In this document: positions 20,484 to 31,396 of the stretch, in pieces
Numbering within the stretch: the first letter of the stretch is position 1
Layout: every line of letters starts with the position of its first letter
Assembly (NCBI GenBank): GCA_045644485.1
Contig: JAZRGY010000083.1
Coordinates: 10,313 to 74,312, forward strand
Direction: 5' to 3'
Source: Candidatus Cryptobacteroides sp.
GTDB taxonomy: Bacteria; Bacteroidota; Bacteroidia; Bacteroidales; UBA932
Length of the DNA: 64,000 nt
The notes under the pieces: model-generated
What the model saw: only the letters and a program-made list of their open reading frames with translations
The model's database searches: none
What the model was told of the DNA's origin: nothing
Position numbers and translations under genes: made by a program

Positions 20484-23400
20484 ATGGACAGGATAAAGTA
20501 TATTTTAACATTGCTCGTGCTGATCTGCATGAGCGGTGCCTTTATTTCTTCTCAAGCGCAGAAGGTTCGTCAGATCAAGATCAGCAACAGTCTGTATGAA
20601 GGGTATGAGATACATGGCACCATCGTCGATGCCCTCGGACCGGTTGCAGGGGCGGCAGTAGTGGAAGCAGGTACTTCCAACGGCACCTCCACAGACCTTG
20701 ACGGACATTTCTCACTACTGGTCTCCAGTCCCCTTGCAGAAGTGGAGATAAGTTGCATAGGATATGCTGGTCAGACATTCCAGGCGGGATCCATGCCTCG
20801 GCTCATCACCCTCAGGGAAGACACGGAATTTCTTGATGAGATTGTGGTCATAGGTTACGGAACGGCGAAGAAGGACGACCTTACAGGTTCGATATCGGCA
20901 ATCAAGGCGGAAGACCTCAACAGAGGTGCAGTGGTGAACACACAGGACTTGCTCAAAGGTAAGGTGGCCGGCCTGCTCGTAACTCCCGGAGACGGCGGGC
21001 CCGGTTCAGGATCACGCATACGCATCAGAGGCGCTGCTTCATTGAATGCTTCAAACGATCCTCTGATTGTGATTGATGGAGTTCCTATCGCCCAGGGTGC
21101 CGGAGGTGCGATGTCAAATCCTCTGGACCTTCTCAATCCTAATGATATAGAGTCATTCACCATCGTCAAGGATGCTTCTTCCGCTGCAATCTATGGTTCC
21201 AGAGCCTCCAACGGAGTGATCATCATCACGACAAAAAAGGGCTTCGGAGGCAAACCTAAGGTAAGTTATACCGGCTCTTACAGTCTCCAGCACGCTTCAA
21301 AGAAGGTTCCTGTAATGTCACCGGAGGAATTGACCGACTTCTACTCCAAGACTTTCCCTGAAGGTACCCTTACAGGTGACCGTATAAAGGAACTCTCAGG
21401 AGGTGCGCGGACAGACTGGCAGGACCTTGTATTCCGTACCGCGTTTGCTACCGACCATAATGTCAGCGTACGCGGAAACATGAAGGACAGGATGCCGTAT
21501 CGAGGCTCAGTAGCGTACACCGGCCAGCAAGGAACCTTGAAAAAGTCCAGATACTATAGAGGCACAGTGGACCTGAACGCATCGCCGAACTTTCTTGACA
21601 AGCATCTCACTCTGGACATCAATGCAAAGGGAGTATATACATATTCTGATTATACTGACGGAGGTACCGTAGGCAAGGCAGCCTTCTTCAACCCCACAGC
21701 AGATCCCTACTGGCGAAATGACGACGGTTCCATCGACTATACGACCACAAACGGATACTGGAACTACGGAAACGGCAGAGGAAACGACTTCAGTCCCAAC
21801 ACCCTTGCCGGTCCGAGTCCCCTGTCCATGCTTTATGACAAGATAAGCGACGCAAGGTCATACCGATTCATAGGACGCATGGCAGCAGACTATAAGGTCC
21901 ATGGTCTCGAAGCCCTCCGTTTCAATATAAGTGCAGGCCTGGATATAACACAGACCGACTCGTATAGCGGTGTCCGCCCAGGTTCTTTCCAGGCATATAC
22001 GGACACGGAGAATCTGGGCATAGGCCAGCATACCAGGGGCATCAGCATCAGCAGAAGTCAGGTGTTTGAAGCATATGCGTCCTACAATGAGACATGGGGC
22101 AAGCACAACCTTGACATCATGGCCGGATATTCATGGCAGAACAACTGGGCCGGCAGCAGGTATGTGGACTATTTCAATGTGACAAATGAGGTCAAACTCC
22201 TGCCGGGACAGACTGCCGGATCAAGATATACATGGTCCAAGAGCGAGAACTACCTGGTGTCGTTCTACGGCAGAATAAATTACTCCATAGACTCAAGATA
22301 TGTGTTTACCTTCACAGCCCGAGGCGACGGTTCCAGCAAGTTTGCCAAGGCTTACAGATGGGGATTCTTTCCTTCCGGAGCCTTTGCATGGAATGTGAAG
22401 AAAGAGCCCTTCCTTGCCGACGTGGCCGATGTATCTGCATTGAAACTCCGACTTTCCGCAGGACTTACCGGACAGCAGGACGGAATCGGTGATTATGTGC
22501 ACCTGCCTCTATATAACATATATAGCGACACATACCACAAATACGACATGGGTGACGGCACATACATGGCGATGCTCTATCCGCAGGCATATGATCCCAC
22601 TATAAGGTGGGAGACGACGATGACTTGGAATTTCGGAGTGGATTTCGGATTCTTCCATGACCGCCTCAGCGGAAGTATCGACGCATATATCCGAGACACG
22701 AAAGATCTCCTGAATTCCGTACAGATACCGATGGGTTCTAACTTCGGAAACAGGCTCATGACCAATGTCGGTTCGATCCGTAACAAGGGTCTGGAGTTCA
22801 CAATCAGCGGAGTAGCGGTACAGACACCCGACTGGAGCGTCCAGATCGGAATCAACGGCACATTCCAAAACACGGTATTCACTAAACTGAATCCTACCGA
22901 AGACCTGAACTATTATGTCGAGACAGGTACTATCTCAAAAGGAACCGGAGGTTATCTCTGCCGGCAGATGGTAGGTTATGCCCCATATACCTATTTCCTC
23001 TACAAGCAGAAATATGACCCTGCAGGAAAACCTTTGCAGAACGAATTCGAGGATCTGGACGGAGACGGAACCATCACCGAAGGTGACAGATACATGACAG
23101 GAAAAAGCGCTGCCCCGAAATTCTATTTCGGAATGAATCTGAAAGTGACATACAAAGACTGGGATTTCGGCCTCAACGGTCACGGTTCGGCAGGGACATG
23201 GGTGTTCAACGACTTTGCCTCATCCAATTCGACAGCCTCTCTGGACCTTAATTCCGGAGCACTCCCCAATCAGGCGAAGTTAGTAAAGAATACCGGCTTT
23301 ACTGCGCCAAACAGCGGACAGCAGTGGTATTCTGACTATTTCCTTGAAAACGCATCCTTCTTCCGTCTTGACGACATTAATTTCGGATACACATTCAGAG

Positions 23401-23570
23401 GTGTCGGACACACGGAAACAGACATACGTCTGGGCTTTGCAGTGCAGAATGTATTCGTCCTGACAAGATATGGCGGAATGGACCCTGAGACCGTATCGGA
23501 AAACGGTATCGACAACACAATGTGGCCTCGACCACGGACATATTCTCTTCGTATAAATGTAAACTTCTAA
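20484..23570 (+). CDS. susC: SusC/RagA TonB-dependent transporter (second copy, inverted relative to the PUL)
   Basis: LDEIVVIGYG, DIESFTIVKDASSAAIYGSRASNGVIIITTKKG plug motif and C-terminal PRPRTYSLRINVNF. Confidence 0.95.
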   Translation: MDRIKYILTLLVLICMSGAFISSQAQKVRQIKISNSLYEGYEIHGTIVDALGPVAGAAVVEAGTSNGTSTDLDGHFSLLVSSPLAEVEISCIGYAGQTFQAGSMPRLITLREDTEFLDEIVVIGYGTAKKDDLTGSISAIKAEDLNRGAVVNTQDLLKGKVAGLLVTPGDGGPGSGSRIRIRGAASLNASNDPLIVIDGVPIAQGAGGAMSNPLDLLNPNDIESFTIVKDASSAAIYGSRASNGVIIITTKKGFGGKPKVSYTGSYSLQHASKKVPVMSPEELTDFYSKTFPEGTLTGDRIKELSGGARTDWQDLVFRTAFATDHNVSVRGNMKDRMPYRGSVAYTGQQGTLKKSRYYRGTVDLNASPNFLDKHLTLDINAKGVYTYSDYTDGGTVGKAAFFNPTADPYWRNDDGSIDYTTTNGYWNYGNGRGNDFSPNTLAGPSPLSMLYDKISDARSYRFIGRMAADYKVHGLEALRFNISAGLDITQTDSYSGVRPGSFQAYTDTENLGIGQHTRGISISRSQVFEAYASYNETWGKHNLDIMAGYSWQNNWAGSRYVDYFNVTNEVKLLPGQTAGSRYTWSKSENYLVSFYGRINYSIDSRYVFTFTARGDGSSKFAKAYRWGFFPSGAFAWNVKKEPFLADVADVSALKLRLSAGLTGQQDGIGDYVHLPLYNIYSDTYHKYDMGDGTYMAMLYPQAYDPTIRWETTMTWNFGVDFGFFHDRLSGSIDAYIRDTKDLLNSVQIPMGSNFGNRLMTNVGSIRNKGLEFTISGVAVQTPDWSVQIGINGTFQNTVFTKLNPTEDLNYYVETGTISKGTGGYLCRQMVGYAPYTYFLYKQKYDPAGKPLQNEFEDLDGDGTITEGDRYMTGKSAAPKFYFGMNLKVTYKDWDFGLNGHGSAGTWVFNDFASSNSTASLDLNSGALPNQAKLVKNTGFTAPNSGQQWYSDYFLENASFFRLDDINFGYTFRGVGHTETDIRLGFAVQNVFVLTRYGGMDPETVSENGIDNTMWPRPRTYSLRINVNF

Positions 23571-23574
23571 AAAT

Positions 23575-25203
23575 ATGAAACGAACAATATACATTATGTC
23601 TGCCGTCATCGGACTGTCCTCCTGTGTCGGCGACCTTGATACCCTTCCGCTGAACAATACGGAGCCTATTTCGGAATATGTCTACGGAAACTCCGAACAG
23701 GCTTATCTGGAAGGATTGACGCGTCTGTATTTCCAGTTCGTGACCAACGACCTCACCGATCTGCAGCAGATGGACGGAGGTGCGTCTGAACTCATCCGAG
23801 CATTCTGGTCAGTGCAGGAGACCACAACCGATGCCGCCAAATGTTCATGGGAAAACGATGCATGGGTCCGTGCGCTGAACACGAACACATGGAACGCGAC
23901 TCAGAACGACGCCGTCTATGCCGTCTATGTACGTACCCTTCAGGGTATAGCGCTTGCCAATGAGTATCTGCGTCAGACTTCTCCTTCCCGTCTTGCCGCA
24001 AGAGGCGTATCTTCCGATCTTGCCGTCAAGATAGACGGCTTCAGGGCTGAAGCAAGGTTCGTCAGGGCGTACCTTTACTGGATGGCATTGGACTGTTTCG
24101 GAAGCGTTCCTTTCACTACGGAGAACTCGCCTTTCGGCGGTACGTATTTCCCCTCACAGGTCTCACGTAAGGACATATTCGACTTCTGCATAAGTGAGTT
24201 GGAATACTTGCGTTCGGAAGAAAGTCCGATGCCTTCGGCCCGAGCCCTCTACCCTCGTGCAGACAAGGGTTCAGTCTCAGGACTTCTTGCACGTATGTAT
24301 CTGAATTCCAAGGCTTATACAGGACAGGAAAGATGGGTGGAGACAAAGAGTGTATGCGAAGACATATTCTCGATGGGCTATGCGCTTTGTCCTGACTATG
24401 CTTCCCTCTTCCGCGGAGACAACGGAGAGAACCCACATGCTCGTTCTGAAATGCTTTGGGCAGTTGCATACAACGCTGAAAAGACCCAGTCATACGGAGG
24501 AACATCCTACATTCTGAGTGCATCTCTGGCTGCTACGGACATAACAGACGAGTCGCGTCCGAACGGACAACGCAACGGATGGGCTGGTCTGCGCGTTCCG
24601 TATGAATATGTATCGAGATATTTCAACGTTTCGAATCAAGACTACTCGAGCGGTTCGTATGAAGTCTCGGACGCCCGTGGAAAACTCTTCTATATCAAGG
24701 GCAGGTCCGAGTCCATGGATGGTGCCTTGTACTCATTCATGAACGGATGGTCCTGTCTGAAATTCAACAATATCCCGTCCGGTCAGACCGACCAGTCCTT
24801 CCTGCCGGTCTCTGCGGTCAAGGCGTTTGCGGACATTGACTTTCCGATGATACGTCTGGCGGAGATCTATCTGATCTATGCGGAAGCCTGCATGAATCTA
24901 GGAAGCGCCCAGACAGCATTGCCTATGTTAGCCTTGCTGTCTGAGCGCGCCGGTGTCGCACCTCCTTCTGAGATTACGACAGATTTCCTGGTAGCGGAAA
25001 GGGCTCGCGAACTCATGTGGGAAGCCCATCGCCGTACCGACCTCATCAGACTCGGATTGTATGACTCAGGGGCTTATCTCTGGCCATACAAGGGAGGTGA
25101 TTCCTTCGCAGGCCAGGCCTTTCCTTCCTACAAAAGAATCTTCCCGATCCCACCTACCGAACTTGCCACCAATGACCTCCTCGTGCAGAATCCCGGATAC
25201 TAG
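23575..25203 (+). CDS. susD: SusD starch-binding-type lipoprotein (second copy)
   Basis: LSSC lipobox, AEARFVRA, RLAEIYL, ERARELMWE, RRTDLIR and QNPGY end; QSYG and GWAGLR as in starch-binding SusD. Confidence 0.93.
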   Translation: MKRTIYIMSAVIGLSSCVGDLDTLPLNNTEPISEYVYGNSEQAYLEGLTRLYFQFVTNDLTDLQQMDGGASELIRAFWSVQETTTDAAKCSWENDAWVRALNTNTWNATQNDAVYAVYVRTLQGIALANEYLRQTSPSRLAARGVSSDLAVKIDGFRAEARFVRAYLYWMALDCFGSVPFTTENSPFGGTYFPSQVSRKDIFDFCISELEYLRSEESPMPSARALYPRADKGSVSGLLARMYLNSKAYTGQERWVETKSVCEDIFSMGYALCPDYASLFRGDNGENPHARSEMLWAVAYNAEKTQSYGGTSYILSASLAATDITDESRPNGQRNGWAGLRVPYEYVSRYFNVSNQDYSSGSYEVSDARGKLFYIKGRSESMDGALYSFMNGWSCLKFNNIPSGQTDQSFLPVSAVKAFADIDFPMIRLAEIYLIYAEACMNLGSAQTALPMLALLSERAGVAPPSEITTDFLVAERARELMWEAHRRTDLIRLGLYDSGAYLWPYKGGDSFAGQAFPSYKRIFPIPPTELATNDLLVQNPGY

Positions 25204-25216
25204 ACTATAAGTCCGG

Positions 25217-27616
25217 TTACTTTCTGCCGCTTGCAGCGATCATGCCGGTGAGGGTTTCGTTGAACTCTCTGGCTGCAGCAAGTTTCTCGACAGTGAGATG
25301 CATGCGGTAACGCCAGTAGTGACGTGAATTCGCCGGCACGTTGATTCTCTCTTCGTTAGGATTCTGACGACGGAGAGCAGGGTCCATCGAGAGCCAGTCC
25401 TGAAGAGGAAGCACTGTCAACATGGCAGGAGACCAAAGGTGCTGGTCAAGAATCTGACGACAGATCCATGGCTCGCAGTAGTAAGGTGCGTCGCCCTGTC
25501 CTCCGAGCATCTCATGATAGAACTGTTCGGTAACCTGACGGTCTTCCTCCCACCACGCACGGATAGGGTTCATATCGTGGGTCGAAGTAGTACATACCGA
25601 AAGATATGGATACCATGCAGGATTAGCGAAATTATCATGGATAGACTTCGGCATACGTTGTATCTCAAGAGAAAGAATCCTGAGGTCAGACATCACCTGA
25701 GGCACAGTAGCGGGAATCATTCCAAGGTCCTCTCCGCAGGCAAGCATTCCTGTAGAGTCTAGAAGCGCCGGCAGTTTCATCATGGCCTTGTCCTTCCAGA
25801 ACTCATTGTTGCGACGATAGAAGAAGTCATCATAAAGTCTGTCGAATGCACCGCGACGATACGCATCGAGACAACGGTATGAATGTGTGTCGCGTGCACC
25901 GATCTTAGGATGATAATATCCTTCCTGACGCGGATCCTGAAGGAAGAGGTCAAAATCATTCACATCGAATCCCTGGCTCTGGAGTTCATGGGCAGGGAAA
26001 GGAAGCGCAGGGTTGAAGTAGCCGTTCAGACCGCTCTTTGTCCACATAGGGATCTCCCAGATACGGAAGAATCCAAGGATATGGTCGATACGGAAGGCAT
26101 CGAAATACTCAGACATCTTGGCAAGACGCGACTTCCACCAAGCGAAGCCGTCCTCCGCCATCTTCTCCCAGTTGTATGTAGGGAAGCCCCAGTTCTGACC
26201 GTCTGCAGAGAATGCATCAGGTGGTGCACCAGCCTGCGAATCCATATGGAAGAGTTCAGGATAAAGCCATGCATCCACGCTTGTACGGCTGATACCGATC
26301 GGAAGGTCACCCTTGAAGATGACACCCTTTGAGTGGGCATAAGCGCATACCTCCGACAACTGAAGGTCGAGGTGATACTGTACGAAACACCAGAAATCTA
26401 TATCTGCACGATTCTCCTCGCAGAATGCAGCGACCTTCTTCCTGCTGTATTTTGCAAATCCCTTCCACTGAGTGAAGTCAGGAGTTCCGTTCTGGTCGCG
26501 GAGGACGCAGAAGGCTGCATAAGGGATAAGCCATGAAGAGTTCTTCTGAACGAAGTTCTGATATTTCTCTGTCGCTGACAGTTTCTTGAAGGTTTTCCTG
26601 AATGCCTCACGGAGAAGTTCCCTCTTGAGGTTGTTCACCCTCTCGTAGTCGATCTGCTCGAGGGAGTTGAGTTCCGCCTGAAGAGCCTTGTACTCCTCAT
26701 CCACCTTCACTCCCACAGCGGGAAGATGCAGGAACTGCGGATGAAGGGCAAATGTCGAGTTCGGATTATATGGGTATGAGTCCTCCCATGTATGAAGCAT
26801 GGTTGTATCATTGATAGGAAGCAACTGGAGGATGCTCTGTCCGGTAGAAGCGGCCCAGTCCACCATCTTCTTGAGGTCATAGAATTCTCCCACACCAAAA
26901 TCGTCCTCAGTACGGAGAGAGAACACTGGAATGGCAGTACCTGCTCCCTTCCAGTCACGTCCGCAGAAACGCACCTGAGCGTCTGCCTCTACGGTCATCT
27001 CACCCTTTTCAGGAACATTGAGGAACCATCTGTTGTCTCCGTCTTCCCATGCCACCGGCTCGAGAGTCTTCCTGTCTGCGACAAGAATCTTGTATGAGAA
27101 CGGTTCAGCAACTTCGAGTGCAAGAGTCCATACAGGAAAACGGGCATCATCGAAAGGGACCACCTTTGTCCAGTCCTTCAATGCCTTTCCGCTACCTGCA
27201 AGTGCAAGCACTTCATTCGGACGAAGAGACGGAGCAGAAACCTGGATAACGACATTTGCATCCTTGGCAGATGCTGCCTTCGCCGCCTTTCTGCCGAAGA
27301 TGGCATCAGTGAATGCCGATGAGTAGAACGGAGAATCTGCCGGACGGTCATTCCACCTGTCATAAATATTGACCACCTTGGCCTTAGTATCTTCAGGAAG
27401 AGAAAGGACATGCTTCTTCCACTCAGTGCGCACAGTCACCCCGTCACGCACGACTTCATATGTGTACTCGGAAGACTTCGCAGGGTTGAAGCGCGCAACC
27501 TCCCCCTGCCATATACCCTCGGCAACATATGCCATAGGATAGCGTTTTCCGCCAAGACAGAGGACAATCTCTTCGCCCCAACTGGTCCTGTATTCTATGC
27601 TTAAATTAAGTTTCAT
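25217..27616 (-). CDS. malQ: 4-alpha-glucanotransferase (GH77 with N-terminal CBM20-like domains)
   Basis: GTAIPVFSLR, QLLPINDT, KGDLPIG, GAPPD, RIDHILGFFRIW, CGEDLG and THD. Confidence 0.95.
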   Translation of the reverse strand: MKLNLSIEYRTSWGEEIVLCLGGKRYPMAYVAEGIWQGEVARFNPAKSSEYTYEVVRDGVTVRTEWKKHVLSLPEDTKAKVVNIYDRWNDRPADSPFYSSAFTDAIFGRKAAKAASAKDANVVIQVSAPSLRPNEVLALAGSGKALKDWTKVVPFDDARFPVWTLALEVAEPFSYKILVADRKTLEPVAWEDGDNRWFLNVPEKGEMTVEADAQVRFCGRDWKGAGTAIPVFSLRTEDDFGVGEFYDLKKMVDWAASTGQSILQLLPINDTTMLHTWEDSYPYNPNSTFALHPQFLHLPAVGVKVDEEYKALQAELNSLEQIDYERVNNLKRELLREAFRKTFKKLSATEKYQNFVQKNSSWLIPYAAFCVLRDQNGTPDFTQWKGFAKYSRKKVAAFCEENRADIDFWCFVQYHLDLQLSEVCAYAHSKGVIFKGDLPIGISRTSVDAWLYPELFHMDSQAGAPPDAFSADGQNWGFPTYNWEKMAEDGFAWWKSRLAKMSEYFDAFRIDHILGFFRIWEIPMWTKSGLNGYFNPALPFPAHELQSQGFDVNDFDLFLQDPRQEGYYHPKIGARDTHSYRCLDAYRRGAFDRLYDDFFYRRNNEFWKDKAMMKLPALLDSTGMLACGEDLGMIPATVPQVMSDLRILSLEIQRMPKSIHDNFANPAWYPYLSVCTTSTHDMNPIRAWWEEDRQVTEQFYHEMLGGQGDAPYYCEPWICRQILDQHLWSPAMLTVLPLQDWLSMDPALRRQNPNEERINVPANSRHYWRYRMHLTVEKLAAAREFNETLTGMIAASGRK

Positions 27617-27638
27617 ATCGTGTTGTTTATTTCTTTTG

Positions 27639-27646
27639 CAAATATA
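27639..27646 (-). promoter_or_regulatory. internal -7 element (TATATTTG) for malQ
   Basis: Exact TAnnTTTG 22 nt upstream of the malQ ATG. Confidence 0.6.
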
Positions 27647-27653
27647 GCGGATT

Positions 27654-30188
27654 TTAGAAGTTCGTCAAGAGTCTGAACTCTCCGGCAGGAAGAGTTATCT
27701 GAATACTGCTGCCGTCAAATGTCTCATTTCTGTCGAAATGGTTGGTCCATGTGCCGTCTGAAGGCATTTCCGCCGTAAAGGTCTTCTGCTCCGTAGTGAA
27801 GTTACCTACCACCACGAAGGACTTGCTTCCGGCAGTACATGTGATGAAGCGTCCGTTGTCCCAATCATTTGTGTCAACCTTCCATGAGAACGAAGCAGAA
27901 GCATCGAAGAACTCCGGATTGTCCCTACGGAACTTTATGAGAGCACAATAAGTATCATAAAGGGCTTTTCTTTCAGGAACATCCAGATACTCCCACTTGG
28001 GAGCCTTCCTTCCGGTACGTCCTCCTGTCTCGATGGAAACATCATATCCTAATTCGCCGAACTGCCATATCATCTTAGGGCCAGGGACGGTCAGGAAGAA
28101 GGCCGCATTGAGTTCCAGACGCTGCATCATCACGGCAAGATCGTCCTTGACACCTGCTGCACCGTAAGTCTTTTGCCTGAAAGCGTTCCTTTCCTCGTCG
28201 TGACTCTCCATGAAACCCACATACGCACCGAACTTCATTCCGTTGCTTCCGGTCCACAGGCCTCCGAATCCGCTGTCATTCTTTGTACCCTGTGCTGCCT
28301 GTCCGTATGCATAGTTGATGTTTCTCCACACCTTCATTCCTGCTTCGGCAAGTTCCTTCTCCTCCTTGTCATCACAGAAATGCTCGAGAATCACCACGGC
28401 ACTCTCGTCAACAGACCTGATATAGTCATTGTATTCCTTGAGGATAGCCACACGACCTGCATCATAATTGGATGCAGTGGACTCATTTGACTTCTTATTA
28501 GTGAATCCTTTGGTAAGGTCAAAACGGAAACCGTCCACATTGTATTCAGTCAGAAGCCAGGCAAGACTCCTCTTCACATGTTCCACCATCACTTCATTCT
28601 CATGATCGATATCCACAAAAACACTGAACGGATGCGGAGCCGTCTTGTTGAAGAAAGGATTGATATCCAGAGGATACATCTTGCAGAAGGCATTGTTTTC
28701 TGTAAGATGATTATATACAACGTCGATAATCACAGCAATGCCCCTCTTGTGGCACTCATCGATGAACTGCTTGTACATCTCGCGTGTACCATACGCCTTG
28801 TCCATGGCGAAATAATGGTTCGGATTGTATCCCCAACTGTCGTTTCCGTCGAACTCCTGGACAGGCATGAGTTCGATTGCATTGACGCCGAGAGTCTCGA
28901 GATAATCAAGTTTCTCCATTGCAAGAGAGAGATTTCCTTCCTTGCCGCCGTTTACCGTGAAGTCACGCAGAAGCAGTTCATAGATGATAAGGTCATCCTT
29001 ATCCTCGATCTCGAAATCAGTAATCTGCCAGTCGTAGGCCTCACGTCCGATCTCGAAGGCAGATACATATCCGGAGGTTCCGGATGGGTAGGTCCTCAAG
29101 CCAGGATAGGTAGAAGAAGATATCCACTGGTCATCTCCGGAGTAAGTGATTTCCGAATAAGGGTCACTCAGGCGCAGACGTGTATCCTCGTTTCCTGTAA
29201 GATACTGGAACATATACTCCCTGCCAGTCTCAAATCCATTACATGTGATCCACCAGCATCCTGCAGCCACATCCCTCTTCATGGCATATTCGCTCTTACG
29301 TTCCCAGTTGTTGAACTCACCTATAAGGTAGCACCAGTCGTAACTGTTGCCATTCTTGTCCTTCTCATAGAACACGAAGGTCACCGAACCGTCAGCATTG
29401 TAGTTGATTCCATGCTTTGCTCCCGCAGGAACGCTCTCCTCAACGACCTCATCAGGAACAAAGGCATTCTTGTTATCCTCGACTGCAAGAAACATGTCTG
29501 AAGTCTGGGCTGAACCGTCTGAATTCCTGACTACCACACAGATACGGAACAACTCCTCATTTTCTGCACCGAACCACTCACGTACACTTGGTCCTATCTC
29601 AAGTTTCCAAAGGTTACGGGTCTCCGTCTGCTCGAGTCTGCATTTCTCAATGTTCTGTCTCCAGTCTGCCTGCACATTGGACCACTCATTGATTCCTATA
29701 TGCGCATACAGGTCAATACTCTTGTTATGGAATGGCGAGTCCTTGCCGGCGCTGAAATATAAGGTGCAAGGCTGGTCTGCATCTGGTCTGGCAGGAACGC
29801 TATGAATCCCCGTCACAATCTCTTTCTCCGGTTTCTTGTCCTGAGTGACTGCGATTTCAACATCCTTCGCGCCCTCTGCACTGAAGATTATTACAGCAGT
29901 ACGCCTTGCGCCCTCATTGACGTCCGCCTTGACAGTCACCTCTGCGTTGCCGTTACCTGTCCTGCTATCAAAGGTAAGCCAGTCTGCATTTCCCGCAGAA
30001 AGTTCCCACGCTAAAGAATTAGTCGTAACTGTAATGATCTTCTCTCCGCCTTGTTCCGTGAAAGACAGAAGAGACGGTTCCGCCTTAAGAGTGATATCTT
30101 CCGGCACTTCCACCGGTTCCGGATCCTTGCAGGAGAACACCAGTAACAAATACAGCAAAGAAAGAATAAGAAGAAAATATCTTTTCAT
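27654..30188 (-). CDS. surface GH13 alpha-amylase lipoprotein with BACON and CBM48-like domains
   Basis: VFSC lipobox followed by acidic residues, BACON-like 'W..NEGARRTAVI..VTQ', IYELLLRDF, WGYNP, DVVYNH, GFRFDLTKGF and SHDEER. Confidence 0.87.
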   Translation of the reverse strand: MKRYFLLILSLLYLLLVFSCKDPEPVEVPEDITLKAEPSLLSFTEQGGEKIITVTTNSLAWELSAGNADWLTFDSRTGNGNAEVTVKADVNEGARRTAVIIFSAEGAKDVEIAVTQDKKPEKEIVTGIHSVPARPDADQPCTLYFSAGKDSPFHNKSIDLYAHIGINEWSNVQADWRQNIEKCRLEQTETRNLWKLEIGPSVREWFGAENEELFRICVVVRNSDGSAQTSDMFLAVEDNKNAFVPDEVVEESVPAGAKHGINYNADGSVTFVFYEKDKNGNSYDWCYLIGEFNNWERKSEYAMKRDVAAGCWWITCNGFETGREYMFQYLTGNEDTRLRLSDPYSEITYSGDDQWISSSTYPGLRTYPSGTSGYVSAFEIGREAYDWQITDFEIEDKDDLIIYELLLRDFTVNGGKEGNLSLAMEKLDYLETLGVNAIELMPVQEFDGNDSWGYNPNHYFAMDKAYGTREMYKQFIDECHKRGIAVIIDVVYNHLTENNAFCKMYPLDINPFFNKTAPHPFSVFVDIDHENEVMVEHVKRSLAWLLTEYNVDGFRFDLTKGFTNKKSNESTASNYDAGRVAILKEYNDYIRSVDESAVVILEHFCDDKEEKELAEAGMKVWRNINYAYGQAAQGTKNDSGFGGLWTGSNGMKFGAYVGFMESHDEERNAFRQKTYGAAGVKDDLAVMMQRLELNAAFFLTVPGPKMIWQFGELGYDVSIETGGRTGRKAPKWEYLDVPERKALYDTYCALIKFRRDNPEFFDASASFSWKVDTNDWDNGRFITCTAGSKSFVVVGNFTTEQKTFTAEMPSDGTWTNHFDRNETFDGSSIQITLPAGEFRLLTNF

Positions 30189-30208
30189 ACTGTTTCTGAA
30201 AATTGGCA

Positions 30209-30236
30209 GACAGAAGGCCGGTCAGGGCCTTCTGTC
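30209..30236 (-). terminator. intra-operon hairpin (attenuator or mRNA stabiliser)
   Basis: GACAGAAGGCC-N6-GGCCTTCTGTC 11-bp stem after the susF-like stop; weak U-tail. Confidence 0.55.
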
Positions 30237-30243
30237 CGAAATA

Positions 30244-31377
30244 TTACTGTGGGATTACAGCGTACTGATGAGTAAGCGAGTTGAAATAAACATCATACTT
30301 ACCTGGGGCAATCTTGAGGTTTCCGCCTCCGTCTGCCTCTCCATAGTAGTTGTCCTTAGAAAGAACCCTACTGTCGTCAGCACCCCAACTGATATCCCAG
30401 CCACCGTTTGCACGGAACTTGAACTCAGCCTCGCTCTCTACTACAAAACCCTTCTTCACCCAGTTATGCTGTGACACCTCAGTCATCTCGACATCACCGC
30501 CCCAATTGTTGAAACCACCGATGAGGCCTACGAGGTCATACCTTGTAACGTCACCTGCAAACTCTTCCTGCTTGTAAGTCTTGTTCTTGATGTCAACTGT
30601 AACTGTGTACACCTTGTCAGTAGAAGTCTCAGGAACGCAGATAGAACCTGCACCGGAAGTCACGATTGTTCCTGTAGCGGAATTATCACCATCATTCGCT
30701 GTTCCATAGCAGAGATCCCATGTACCATAGTCAAATTCTTCCCAGATCTTCCATCCGGCATAACCACCGTTGGAGAACATTGATGTATAGGTATAGACAC
30801 CTTCTGTCGCTGTATCATAGAAACGGCAGTTTCTGTACTCTACACTGTCGTACCATCCGTTGTTGTCCTTTGCAGAAGCAACCTGTCCCTGGAGAGTACC
30901 AACGAGGAAATAACTTGAAATGGTCTTCTTAGGAGTTACCACCACCTCGAAATCTTCTGACTCGAAAATCATTGAAGTTCCGTTCAATATAGCGTAAGCA
31001 GTAACATAACCCTCAAGAGTCCTTGCTACAGGCTGCACACCGAACACTGAAGTAACCAGATCCTGAAGATCCTGTACCTTAAAAGCCATATCAGCACCAA
31101 CTTCGTAGACATTGTTGCCTTCGAATGTAACTGTAAACTTCACTTCCTTTGCAGCATCAAGACCGGTAGCCGAGATAGCACCTACAGATACGGTCTCTGT
31201 TGTAACGGTCTCAAGATTGATAGCCTCAGCCGCTGTTACTGACACAGCACCGTTAAGAGTTATGATCTCCTCCTGCTCATTTGTCTGAGGGTCAGCAGCA
31301 TCGATGCCATAATCACCTGCGATACATCCGGTAAGGAAAAGACCGGCAAGTACGCTCAAATATGCTAATTTCTTCAT
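30244..31377 (-). CDS. SusF-like starch-binding outer-membrane lipoprotein
   Basis: LTGC lipobox; tandem CBM-like repeats (GLIGGFNNW, EFKFRANGGWDISWG, GGNLKI..GKYDVYFN); position after susE. Confidence 0.8.
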   Translation of the reverse strand: MKKLAYLSVLAGLFLTGCIAGDYGIDAADPQTNEQEEIITLNGAVSVTAAEAINLETVTTETVSVGAISATGLDAAKEVKFTVTFEGNNVYEVGADMAFKVQDLQDLVTSVFGVQPVARTLEGYVTAYAILNGTSMIFESEDFEVVVTPKKTISSYFLVGTLQGQVASAKDNNGWYDSVEYRNCRFYDTATEGVYTYTSMFSNGGYAGWKIWEEFDYGTWDLCYGTANDGDNSATGTIVTSGAGSICVPETSTDKVYTVTVDIKNKTYKQEEFAGDVTRYDLVGLIGGFNNWGGDVEMTEVSQHNWVKKGFVVESEAEFKFRANGGWDISWGADDSRVLSKDNYYGEADGGGNLKIAPGKYDVYFNSLTHQYAVIPQ

Positions 31378-31396
31378 AATGTCAATTCTTTAATGA

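Noticed and set aside
20400-25217. Possible invertible (phase-variable) susCD cassette
   Set aside because: I found no inverted repeats flanking the cassette or its promoter, and there is no recombinase in the window.
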